Below are positions 47,333-56,391 of a DNA stretch of 64,000 bases, piece by piece. Each line of letters begins with the position of its first letter. Position 1 is the first letter of the stretch. A program made the position numbers and the translations under genes. The notes beneath the pieces were generated by a model that did not search any database, was not told the origin of the DNA, and was given only the letters and a program-made list of their open reading frames with translations. Origin of the DNA: an uncultured Nitrospiraceae bacterium (GTDB taxonomy: Bacteria > Nitrospirota > Thermodesulfovibrionia > Thermodesulfovibrionales > SM23-35); the NCBI GenBank assembly GCA_963727775.1, contig CAVSHB010000001.1, positions 640,001 to 704,000 of the forward strand, written 5' to 3'.

Positions 47333-47557
47333 TACCAAAAGCGGTTTGCCCTTGATCGTCAGGCCTTCATTGATAACGAGAAAGGTCTCCTTAAGCGGCA
47401 GGCTATTTCCCTCAATGGCGTTTGAATTGTATGTCATCTCTATCCCAAATTGCTCCCTCAGTTTCCGGACAGCTGTCTCCGGGAGGGGGCGATAGGAATT
47501 TAACAGGGTCAATTTCCCGTCCGGACGTTCCTGCATATCCTTAGTCAAGTATTTCAT
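47297..47557 (-). pseudogene. 3'-truncated Fic-family protein
   Basis: TYNSNAIEGNSL..ET..EGLTIKGKPL, then runs into the btuD remnant; no HPF motif. Confidence 0.85.
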
Positions 47558-47644
47558 ATTTTAAGCTTCCTCTTAATATGGTTTATAGCATTTTATTAGT
47601 TATACCATATTAAGCTGTTAGAAATGAATCATCACCAATCATCA

Positions 47645-47815
47645 TCATCCCGCCACTGCCTTCCAGCCCCATGCGACTAATGTTATCCCCATATAACAAG
47701 CAAGGGGCCAGTAGGCGTTACCGATGAGGACGCTTGACATAAAAATTGTCAAGTCCGTTTTGTTCATACCATTGAATTTTCAGTGGCGGGGGTAAGCAGT
47801 GGTTGAGTAAAGGGT
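47645..47815 (-). pseudogene. 3' remnant homologous to the membrane protein gene at 48438-48974
   Basis: GNAYWPLACYMGITLVAWGWKAVAG* versus GNAYWTLACYMGITLVEWGQQAVAG*. Confidence 0.9.
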
Positions 47816-47817
47816 AA

Positions 47818-48199
47818 TCAGCCGGAAATGCTCTGAACTTTTATCAAAACCCCTGCTTTTTTTATGACATCTTTATCGAGACTCAAAAGAATAGAGTTCG
47901 TAAGTTTTGCAGTAGCAATGACGACACTGTCGCCGAGTTTTGTTTTGCATTTTCTGCGAATCTCTGCCGCCATCCGTGCAAGTTGAGTATCAAGCGGGAT
48001 AATGGTAAATTCCTGAAGGAAGCGCTTTATTTGGGTAATTTCTTCGCCGGTCAAAAGCGCAAATGACAAAAGCTCAACCTCGGTTATCACTGATATAAAA
48101 AAAATGCTTACCGGCTTCCCTCCATACAAGAAGTTGATCCACAACTTTTTTGTCATCATTGAGGTAACCGATAAGGATATTGGTATCTAAGGTGAACAC
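47818..48199 (-). pseudogene. vapC: VapC/PIN toxin frameshifted at an A8 run
   Basis: GTG start MFTLDTNILI...; A8 at 48097-48104 would be in frame as A7, giving FISVITEVE..LGDSVVIATA..SLD. Confidence 0.85.
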
Positions 48200-48207
48200 A
48201 GGCCGTA

Positions 48208-48393
48208 TTACCTGTCCCACTCCTCACGAAGCTTCTTCTGACAGGCAACGGCGCTGATCTTCCTGTGTTTCAACAGACCTTTGGCTTGCACCCATGGATC
48301 AGAGACGTTTTGCATTAATTTTGACAGCTCTTTTGGGGAGATTTTCTTGTCCCTGACTAATTCTTCCAGATGCTCTCTCAATAAAATGCCCAT
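48208..48393 (-). CDS. Putative cognate antitoxin
   Basis: 61 aa directly upstream of the PIN gene, ends QKKLREEWDR. Confidence 0.7.
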   Translation of the reverse strand: MGILLREHLEELVRDKKISPKELSKLMQNVSDPWVQAKGLLKHRKISAVACQKKLREEWDR

Positions 48394-48437
48394 AGATTAA
48401 TTATATCAGAAACAAACCCAAATGAGAAAAATCATTA

Positions 48438-48974
48438 TCACCCCGCAACCGCCTGCTGTCCCCATTCGACCAGCGTGATTCCCATATAACAGGCAAGGGT
48501 CCAGTAAGCGTTGCCGAGGATAAGACTTCCTGCAAAAATTGACCAGTCCCTTTTTGACATACCGTTATATTTCCCTTGCCGCATGAAGGCGGTGGTGACG
48601 AATGGGTCAAACTTGACGGATAAGAAAAAGAATACGATGGGTTTGCTTTTTTTCAGGACCCACGCAGTCACATGCCCTATTTTTTTAGTGCCCTTATAGG
48701 TTTTTATTTCTTTTATCGCTTCTATCCCTATCCAATCACGCTTTGACCAGTCATAGAATTTCATTATCAGAATGCACGCAACGAATGACAAGAAAGTCAT
48801 AATGGCCCCGCCTCGGAAAAATCCGAAATTGTAGATAACGAAGGGATAAAAGAAATAATCGAAAATCCAAACAGTCAAACGACTTGCAATAAGTCCAATG
48901 GACAGTTCAGCAAATCTACTGTTATAAAATAGCGGGCTTTTGAAAGAGCTGTTTTTGGTATTTTCTGCTTTCAT
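48438..48974 (-). CDS. Membrane protein of unknown function
   Basis: 3-4 TM segments; a conserved homologous remnant lies nearby. Confidence 0.75.
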   Translation of the reverse strand: MKAENTKNSSFKSPLFYNSRFAELSIGLIASRLTVWIFDYFFYPFVIYNFGFFRGGAIMTFLSFVACILIMKFYDWSKRDWIGIEAIKEIKTYKGTKKIGHVTAWVLKKSKPIVFFFLSVKFDPFVTTAFMRQGKYNGMSKRDWSIFAGSLILGNAYWTLACYMGITLVEWGQQAVAG

Positions 48975-48981
48975 TCCTATC

Positions 48982-49533
48982 TTATTTCGGTATGCATATC
49001 TCAACATACTCAAAAGGAAGATAGTCATGTATTGCTAAAGATACATTTCTCCGCGTTATCAGGAATTTGCCAAATTTTCTTATTATTATCTTGTGGAGTC
49101 CATTACCAGATACGATATGTGCCGATATTTTGTGACAGTCTCTCTCTTGGGCTTCTTTGATTAAGGCATCCCCTAATCTAAGAAAAGTAAGCCCTTCTCG
49201 ATCTTCAGGCAGTACTACGACTTTATCAATATAATACATGCCGTCATCAGGCCTCATTTCAATGTCTTCATCTTTTAGTTCTGCATAGGCACTGTTCTGA
49301 GGTATTCCTAAAATCCATCCTGCAATACTTTTTCCTTTCTTAAGAAAAATATTAATGTTGGTGGGTGTAGTCAGATTTTCTACAATTTTTTCGCGCGTGT
49401 CTTGTATTTTAATTGGAAACAAAGAATCAAGCATCAAAACTGTTTTCAGATATTCATCTTTAAAATCCCTAATAACCTCAGTTTGAAAGTCCCTTCCCGA
49501 AATCGGCATAGTGTTTGTTTGGATGCTTTTCAT
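48982..49533 (-). CDS. GNAT-fold-like hypothetical protein, AT-rich
   Basis: YYIDKVVVLPEDREG...LIKEAQ pattern; overlaps the speD-like stop. Confidence 0.6.
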   Translation of the reverse strand: MKSIQTNTMPISGRDFQTEVIRDFKDEYLKTVLMLDSLFPIKIQDTREKIVENLTTPTNINIFLKKGKSIAGWILGIPQNSAYAELKDEDIEMRPDDGMYYIDKVVVLPEDREGLTFLRLGDALIKEAQERDCHKISAHIVSGNGLHKIIIRKFGKFLITRRNVSLAIHDYLPFEYVEICIPK

Positions 49534-49919
49534 TTTTTAGAAAAAATCCTGAACCCCCTTTTCAATCTTCTTCTTCTCATCTTCTTATGACAGACGGTTG
49601 CACCGATATATTTCACAATTCCCTTTGCCTCATTATCGCCCCCGCAACTGAAAACGTCGCATGTGACGTATGCATACTCAGGCCAGGTGTGAATCGATAT
49701 GTGCGACGCGGAAAGAAGGAGATAGCCGGTGATCCCATGAGGAGAGAACCTATAGAAATGCTTATTCAGTACTGTGATGCCGGAATCAACAATTGCCTTT
49801 GAAAGTAGCTTTCGCCAAAAGGGAAGAGAGTCCACCTGCTCTTTTGCACAGCCGAAGAACTCAAGCAGGTAGTGAACGCCATCCGGCGGACTGTTATGAA
49901 TGGCTCTTTCTTGAGCCAC
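49530..49919 (-). CDS. speD: S-adenosylmethionine decarboxylase proenzyme homolog
   Basis: FSPHGITG, SASHISIHTWPE, DVFSCG. Confidence 0.85.
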   Translation of the reverse strand: MAQERAIHNSPPDGVHYLLEFFGCAKEQVDSLPFWRKLLSKAIVDSGITVLNKHFYRFSPHGITGYLLLSASHISIHTWPEYAYVTCDVFSCGGDNEAKGIVKYIGATVCHKKMRRRRLKRGFRIFSKK

Positions 49920-50176
49920 AGCTAAAACTCCCTATTGTAGTAGTGCGTTCTTAAAGAAAGTGTTTCGCTGTCATTCGGCAAAATCCCCCCTGTCGTTTGA
50001 CCCTCTTTGCCTGTCTTCAAAACATATGTAATCAGCGCTTGTCTTGTCATAAATAACCAATAGTTATCAAATGCAATATAAATACAACATATTGGTGCTA
50101 AGAGTCAATCAATTAAGCACATTTACTGGGTTTAAAGAGGCGCTTTGACAACATATAATTCCTAAGGAGAAATGGA

Positions 50177-50491
50177 ATGAATAACGCTATACGGAAGAAA
50201 TTGGGCGATAAAATCAGACAATTGAGGAAATTGCGAGAACTGACGCAAGAGCAATTAGGTGAAAAAGCAGGGATCAGTTATAAGTTCATCGGAGAGGTCG
50301 AAAGAGGCATCGTCAATCCAAGTTTGGATTCCTTAATAGGGATAGCGCGAGCCCTGAATGTCAACGTCAAAGAATTGTTCCCAAGTGAAAGTGATCTGAT
50401 CACCGAGTTTTCTTCCGAAGAACTGCAAACCATCAAGAGGGCTGTGAAGTTACTGAATAGCCGATTAAACGTAAAGAGCGTAAAATCATAG
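50177..50491 (+). CDS. XRE-family HTH regulator
   Basis: LTQEQLGEKAGIS..ERG..NPSL. Confidence 0.92.
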   Translation: MNNAIRKKLGDKIRQLRKLRELTQEQLGEKAGISYKFIGEVERGIVNPSLDSLIGIARALNVNVKELFPSESDLITEFSSEELQTIKRAVKLLNSRLNVKSVKS

Positions 50492-50517
50492 AATCGGTAG
50501 CAAGCCTGTCGGCCTTG

Positions 50518-50612
50518 AATATCTCTTCTTCTCCACGACCTTCCCTACGACTCTGTATTTATTTCCCTTTTTCAGCTCGATATCCGGGGATTTCGGATTC
50601 AAGGGATGAGAA
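50518..50612 (-). pseudogene. 3' fragment of an S24 peptidase (LexA/CI-like) gene
   Basis: HPLNPKSPDIELKKGNKYRVVGKVVEKKRY. Confidence 0.7.
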
Positions 50613-50619
50613 CCAAGCG

Positions 50620-51039
50620 TCAACCTTCAGTTACAAAACTTTCTCTTATGAGGAACTCCTTTGCTTTTGCTATCTGTATGTTCTGGAAACTGCCCACTTC
50701 AAGCAGATGTCTATCTCCTGAAATGATATAGTCGGCATGACCATCTGCGGCACAATCAAGAAAGATATTATCTGTCGGGTCGGAAGTGATCAGAGAGACC
50801 CGGCTTTTGATTTCGACAAGCTCTGCGTTCCCCCTGATATTCATAACAATGGGCCTGATCTCATTCGGCAAGAGCCCGAACTTTGTATACCCAAGCACCC
50901 TGATCAGTTCTGCCTCCATGTCTTTGCTGAGCAGCATGGAAAGCTTTCTTTCACGAATCAAATCATAGACGTCTCTCGGATATCCTTTCCAGAAGAGCGC
51001 CGCGATCGTCACATTTGTGTCAAGGACAACTCTTTTCAA
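50620..51039 (-). CDS. PIN-domain toxin (PIN_3-like)
   Basis: VVLDTNV, DPTDNIFLDCA, ISGDRHLL. Confidence 0.92.
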   Translation of the reverse strand: MKRVVLDTNVTIAALFWKGYPRDVYDLIRERKLSMLLSKDMEAELIRVLGYTKFGLLPNEIRPIVMNIRGNAELVEIKSRVSLITSDPTDNIFLDCAADGHADYIISGDRHLLEVGSFQNIQIAKAKEFLIRESFVTEG

Positions 51040-51266
51040 TGAACTCCCCGCGATTCATGAATGATTCGTTCTATGTCCTGCTCAGTAAGGTCTGCAAACC
51101 CTTTCTCCTTTGCAATCATCGCAGCATAGCCGTAAATGTCCGGCTCTTCCACTGGCATCAGTAATACTTCAAACACGCTTCCGACCTCCTTTGCCGCATC
51201 TTCCGGCAATGAAAGGTGGCCGTCAGGCAAGACCTTGCCTATAAATCGTCTGGCGCTTGTTTTCAT
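51036..51266 (-). CDS. Putative antitoxin
   Basis: DGHLSLP AbrB-like N-terminus; overlaps the PIN start. Confidence 0.75.
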   Translation of the reverse strand: MKTSARRFIGKVLPDGHLSLPEDAAKEVGSVFEVLLMPVEEPDIYGYAAMIAKEKGFADLTEQDIERIIHESRGVH

Positions 51267-51306
51267 TGAAATACCTCCTTCAACATCTTACCACTTTTGA
51301 GTAATT

Positions 51307-51365
51307 CTAATCCCTTTTCATCTTTTCCACAACCTTCCCAGCGGCTCTAAGCTCACCTTTATTCG
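51307..51365 (-). pseudogene. Second S24-like 3' remnant
   Basis: ELRAAGKVVEKMKRD*; 21/26 nt match between 51323-51348 and 50529-50554. Confidence 0.55.
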
Positions 51366-51423
51366 AGACTGAGATAAGAGACTTCCTCGATTAATATCAT
51401 GGGAGATCGGATAATGAAGAAAG

Positions 51424-52194
51424 CTATATATTATTCCCGAAACTGATATATGTTTTACCTGAGTCCTGTTTTTGTATTTCTATATTCACGTCGAACGCCT
51501 CTTTCAATAAATCCTTTGTCAATACTGTTTCCGGGCTGCCGATGTCGAGGATCCTTCCATCCTTAATCAGTATGACCTTCTCAAACTGCAAGGCAATGTT
51601 GATATCGTGGAGCGCCATGATGATCGAGATATTTTTTTTCTCTTTCAGTCCGCTGAGCAGTCGCTGTATCTCAAACTGATATTTTATGTCGAGGTTCGCC
51701 AAAGGCTCGTCGAGGAGCAGGAGCCCCGCTCCCTGGATCAGCGTCATCGCTATAAAGGCCCTTCTCCTTTCCCCGCCGCTCAGCGTTGTTATGTATGATT
51801 GTGCCTTTGGCAGAAGGCCGACCATCTCCAATGCCTCATCAGCAGTTAATTCAGGAGGTATATCGTACGGATAAAGTCCCATGGATACAAGTTCGCGGAC
51901 TCTGAAAGGCAGGTTCATATCAAGGAGCTGAGGCAGGTAACATAGTAGCTTTGCCCTGTCCTTATGCTTGTATGAATGCAACGGTTTCCCCCAGAGTTTT
52001 ATCCCGCCGGCTGTTTGCCTTAAAATACCGCCGGCTATTTTAAGGATAGTAGATTTGCCTGAACCGTTCGGTCCGAGAAGTCCGATGAATTCTCCGTCCC
52101 CGGCAGAGAATGTGAGATCATTAATGAGTTTTTTGTTCCTGTCATATTGGAACCCAACGTTGTCGAGTTCAAGAATGGTATGGGTTTCCTTCAT
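51424..52194 (-). CDS. btuD: ABC transporter ATPase, cobalamin/Fe-siderophore type
   Basis: GPNGSGKS, LSGGE, LDEP, LHD. Confidence 0.85.
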   Translation of the reverse strand: MKETHTILELDNVGFQYDRNKKLINDLTFSAGDGEFIGLLGPNGSGKSTILKIAGGILRQTAGGIKLWGKPLHSYKHKDRAKLLCYLPQLLDMNLPFRVRELVSMGLYPYDIPPELTADEALEMVGLLPKAQSYITTLSGGERRRAFIAMTLIQGAGLLLLDEPLANLDIKYQFEIQRLLSGLKEKKNISIIMALHDINIALQFEKVILIKDGRILDIGSPETVLTKDLLKEAFDVNIEIQKQDSGKTYISFGNNI

Positions 52195-53156
52195 ATGCTC
52201 AAGACATCTCTTTTTCTTAACAGGTAAAGGAAATAGGGTGAGCCGATAATTGCCGTGATGATCCCTGACGGGATCTCCATCGGAGGCATAATGGACCTAC
52301 CGATCAGGTCGGCTATACATAAAAATGCCCCGCCGCAGACAGCGGATACCGGTATCAAAACCCTGTTGTCCGCGCCGACGAAGAACCGCACTATGTGGGG
52401 TATCAGCAGGCCTATGAAACCTATAGTGCCGCCGAGGGAGACGGACGCCGCAGTCATGAGCGCAACAGAGACGAACAGAAGCATCCGCTCCTTGTGTACT
52501 GAAAAACCGAGGCTGTGGGCGAGTTCATCCCCGAGCATCAATGCGTTCAAGGCCTTTGACCTGAATATGGAAATAGATAAGCCCGCGATGATCAGTACAA
52601 AACCATACGGTACCGATGACCAGTCTGCAATCGAGAGGTCGCCGAATATCCATAGGACAGCCCTCCTGATACCTTCATATGAAGAGACGCTAATGAGGAG
52701 CATAAGGAGCGCATAAAACAGGAAACTCAGGCCGACTCCTGCAAGCAGAAGCCGGTCGGGCAACAATTTGCCACGTTTCCAGCCAAAGGCCCCGACTATC
52801 AGACTCACAACAGACGCGCCGAAAAAGGCGGTCAAAGGTATCGTAAATTTACCGAAGAGATAGAATCCAGACAAGAGTGCAAATGCCGCAGCGAGCGCTG
52901 ATCCGCTTGAGATGCCGAGTATATAAGGGTCGGCCAATGGGTTTTTTAATATGCCCTGAAGGACAGCCCCTGAAGCGCCGAGCGCCATCCCCATAAGAAC
53001 CGCGACCATGACCCTCGGGAGTCTTATTGAAAGCAGTATTTCTTTGTCGATATCAGTCATAAGAAAAGGATTTATTACCCTGGGTCCGACTAAGAGCGCG
53101 GCCAGAAAGATGAGGACCGAGATTATGATGAGAATTGATATTTTTACCTGAGACAC
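52191..53156 (-). CDS. btuC: FecCD/BtuC permease
   Basis: RLPR, NPLADPYILG, GFIGLLIPH. Confidence 0.85.
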   Translation of the reverse strand: MSQVKISILIIISVLIFLAALLVGPRVINPFLMTDIDKEILLSIRLPRVMVAVLMGMALGASGAVLQGILKNPLADPYILGISSGSALAAAFALLSGFYLFGKFTIPLTAFFGASVVSLIVGAFGWKRGKLLPDRLLLAGVGLSFLFYALLMLLISVSSYEGIRRAVLWIFGDLSIADWSSVPYGFVLIIAGLSISIFRSKALNALMLGDELAHSLGFSVHKERMLLFVSVALMTAASVSLGGTIGFIGLLIPHIVRFFVGADNRVLIPVSAVCGGAFLCIADLIGRSIMPPMEIPSGIITAIIGSPYFLYLLRKRDVLSI

Positions 53157-53983
53157 CCGGACATCTCCTCAATGCCTTTGACGACCCTCGGCCCGAGTCT
53201 GTAAAGGTTGTCGCTTAAAAAAAAGACTTTACCGTTCCTGACCGCCGGGATTCTCGCTATTTTTTTCAGGAGTACCTCCGACATTTCCTTTATATCCTCG
53301 TGCCCCCTACCGATGAAAATCACGTCAGGTGACTGCCGAATTATTTCCTCTATGGAATATTTCGGATAGCGCGCCCTGGCCTTTGATGCGGTATTCTCAA
53401 CACCGAGGAGATTGATTGCGTCATCTATCTCCGTGCCCGGCCCCGCAACTATCAGAGGTTCGGGCCAGATGATGAATAAGACCCTTTTTTTCAATGACTG
53501 ATTAAGCCTGGACCGTGTAGCTTTATTAACCGCGGTCTCTATCTCTCCCGCAAGGATTTCGGCTTTCTTTGTGACGCCGAGCGCTGTTCCCATTTCCCTG
53601 ATGCCCTGCGGGAGTTCTGAAAGCTTCCTCGCCCTGAATACATATGTCCTTATGTGTAATGAACGCAATCTTTCTTCAAACTCCTTCGGATTACCGTCGG
53701 TAGTCATCATAACGATATCGGGTTTCATCGATACCACGGTTTCTAAGGACGGGTTGGACATCCCGCCGACCTTTGGCTTCAGCTTTGCCTCCCGGGGGTA
53801 GTCACAAAAAGTTGTGACGCCGGTAATCTTGTCGCCGAGTCCCAGGGCAAAAAGGATTTCCGTCATATTCGGGGCTAAGGATATGATACGCTTCGGCGTC
53901 TCTGAAGAATAGACCGATGCAAATGGTAAAAAAAGGCCTGCAATTATTATAAATACCAAAAAAAACAGTCGTGATGTTTTCAT
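53144..53983 (-). CDS. btuF: Cobalamin-binding-type periplasmic protein
   Basis: RIISLAPNMTE, CDYP, RLGPR. Confidence 0.85.
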   Translation of the reverse strand: MKTSRLFFLVFIIIAGLFLPFASVYSSETPKRIISLAPNMTEILFALGLGDKITGVTTFCDYPREAKLKPKVGGMSNPSLETVVSMKPDIVMMTTDGNPKEFEERLRSLHIRTYVFRARKLSELPQGIREMGTALGVTKKAEILAGEIETAVNKATRSRLNQSLKKRVLFIIWPEPLIVAGPGTEIDDAINLLGVENTASKARARYPKYSIEEIIRQSPDVIFIGRGHEDIKEMSEVLLKKIARIPAVRNGKVFFLSDNLYRLGPRVVKGIEEMSGCLR

Positions 53984-54098
53984 TGTGAAATTTTACCTGT
54001 TTAAGCCAAAAATTGCATAAAAAACGTTCGAGTTAATAGATAAGATGTAATGTTATATAATTGTTAAGTATTATGGCTAAAGAAAATTAGGAATATAT

Positions 54099-56315
54099 AT
54101 GCGCTATTACGATGAATTGGTCAATGAACTTTCAGAGCTTTGCGGTATAGCCTCGGAGTATTGGGATATCTTCGGCAAAAGGCATGTAGCTTCTTTGGAT
54201 ACAAAAAAGGCGATACTCAGAGCAATGAGAATCAATATCGGTTCGGCTGAAGATATAGCCGGAGAGATCCATGAGCGGAAATGGAAAACCTGGAAAAGCT
54301 TCATTGATCCGGTGCATGTCATATCGGTAAGTCAGCCGTTGAGGATCCCTGTTTATATCCACGTACGGGGATCCAAACAGCCGGAACTTAAGATCTCATG
54401 GTCTGTTGTCAGCGAGAACGGGAGAAAAGATGAATACAGGCTCACCGGGGATTCCATAACCGTGTCAGAACAACAATGGATAGACGGCATAAGGTATATA
54501 AAGGTATATCTGACGGATGAGGCGCACAGGGACATAGGGTATCATGTGCTCTCTGTTGAGTGCACACACCCTGAGAGAAAGGATAAGCTCAAAAAAAAAT
54601 CAAAGATCATCGTATGCCCGGACGCCTGTTATATCCCCGCTTCATTGCAGGAACACAGGACGTGGGGGCTGTCTGTTAACCTTTATTCAATACGCTCAAG
54701 ACGGAATTGGGGGATAGGCGATTTTACCGATCTTAATAAGATTGTCAAGCTGATTGGTGAATCGAAGGGCGGTTTTGTCGGGATCAATCCATTGCACGCG
54801 GGCCCCAATACAAAACCTTTTGGCATAAGCCCCTATTCACCGATAAGCAGGCTCTATAAAAACTTCATTTATCTTGATCTGGAAAAAATACCCGAAGTGA
54901 AAGAGTCAAGCGTGATTCGTAAAATCATATCTTTCCGGAAGTTTAAAAAAGAATTGGATGAACTGAAGTCTTTGGACCTAATTGATTACGAAAAGACAGC
55001 ATCTGTAAAAGAAAAAATAGTGAGACAGGCTTTCGGGCATTTTTATAAGAAACACTATATACAGGACACGCGTAGGGCGAGGGAATTTAAGAAATATGTA
55101 TCGGCAGAAGGCGCAGACCTTGAATCTTTTGCTGTCTTCATGGCCTTAAGGGAACATATGATAGAAAAAGCCGGCTTATATTCATGGCAGGAATGGCCGG
55201 AAGAATATCAGGATATATCAGGGAAGGCGGTAGAGGCGTTCAAAAAAGCAAATGCCGGAGAGATACTTTACTACCAATATGTTCAGTGGCTTATCGACAC
55301 GCAACTGAATGAGATTTCTATGACTGCTAAAAATAAAGGGATGGACCTTGGACTTTACTTTGACCTTGCGATCGGGTCTATCGGAGGCGGAAGCGACGCC
55401 TGGAATTACAGGGACGTAATCGCAGACGGACCGGATGTCGGCGCGCCTCCTGATGATTTCAGTCCCGAGGGCCAGAAATGGGGTTTCCCGCCGCTCATTC
55501 CCGATGGCCTGAAAGAAAAAGGATATGAATTATTTATACTAACGATAAGAAAGAATATGAAATACGCGGGCGCTTTGAGAATAGACCATGCTCTCGGCAT
55601 GTTCAGGATTTTCTGGATCCCGGAGGGCATGTCTCCAAAAGACGGTGCTTATGTCCTTTATCCGTCGGAGGACCTGCTGAGAATCATCGCCCTGGAGAGT
55701 ATGCGTAACCGGACGCTGGTGATCGCAGAGGACCTTGGAACGATAGGAGAAAATGTCAGGGAGACGCTTAAGAGGTTCAGAATGCTTTCTTACAGGCTCT
55801 TTTATTTTGAGAGGAACTATCCCGACCCTTCGTTCCTTTTGCCGGAGAGATACCCTGACACGGCCTTATGCGCTGTGACGACCCACGACCTTCCGACCAT
55901 ATACGGCTATTGGAGCGGCGCCGATCTTGAGGCAAGGAGAAAGCTGGGCAAATTTCCTGACGATGTTTCGTGGATAAAACAGGTCAATGAAAGAGAAAAG
56001 GACAAGAGGCTTATCCTTACTGTCCTCAAGTCCCGGAATATTGTACCGGATGGTTTTCCTTCCGAGCCGGAGATGGTCCCGGAAATGACCCCGGAACTTT
56101 GCCTTGCAATATACCGCTATCTTGCTTTGACTCCGTGCAAACTGCTGCTTGTGAGCCTCGATGATATTATCGGTGTCATGAATCAGCAGAACATGCCGGG
56201 CACGGTTGATGTCTATCCAAACTGGATGCAGAAGACGCCGCTGACCCTGGAGGAGATCATGAAAGACAAAAGGGTTGCCGGTCTTGCAAAGGAGTTAAAG
56301 AAATATTTCAGCTAA
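54099..56315 (+). CDS. malQ: 4-alpha-glucanotransferase (GH77)
   Basis: SPYSP, DLAIG, RIDH, EDLG, THD, NMPGT. Confidence 0.96.
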   Translation: MRYYDELVNELSELCGIASEYWDIFGKRHVASLDTKKAILRAMRINIGSAEDIAGEIHERKWKTWKSFIDPVHVISVSQPLRIPVYIHVRGSKQPELKISWSVVSENGRKDEYRLTGDSITVSEQQWIDGIRYIKVYLTDEAHRDIGYHVLSVECTHPERKDKLKKKSKIIVCPDACYIPASLQEHRTWGLSVNLYSIRSRRNWGIGDFTDLNKIVKLIGESKGGFVGINPLHAGPNTKPFGISPYSPISRLYKNFIYLDLEKIPEVKESSVIRKIISFRKFKKELDELKSLDLIDYEKTASVKEKIVRQAFGHFYKKHYIQDTRRAREFKKYVSAEGADLESFAVFMALREHMIEKAGLYSWQEWPEEYQDISGKAVEAFKKANAGEILYYQYVQWLIDTQLNEISMTAKNKGMDLGLYFDLAIGSIGGGSDAWNYRDVIADGPDVGAPPDDFSPEGQKWGFPPLIPDGLKEKGYELFILTIRKNMKYAGALRIDHALGMFRIFWIPEGMSPKDGAYVLYPSEDLLRIIALESMRNRTLVIAEDLGTIGENVRETLKRFRMLSYRLFYFERNYPDPSFLLPERYPDTALCAVTTHDLPTIYGYWSGADLEARRKLGKFPDDVSWIKQVNEREKDKRLILTVLKSRNIVPDGFPSEPEMVPEMTPELCLAIYRYLALTPCKLLLVSLDDIIGVMNQQNMPGTVDVYPNWMQKTPLTLEEIMKDKRVAGLAKELKKYFS

Positions 56316-56391
56316 TAAGAAACATGCTGCTATTTTATTTTCTCAGGGTATCGTTTAAAATCTTAGTAAATCAAATCTTCATGGAGGCATA

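Noticed and set aside
53984..54098. Possible cobalamin riboswitch before btuF
   Set aside because: Region is short, AT-rich and shows no B12-box; a -10 lies just before the ATG.
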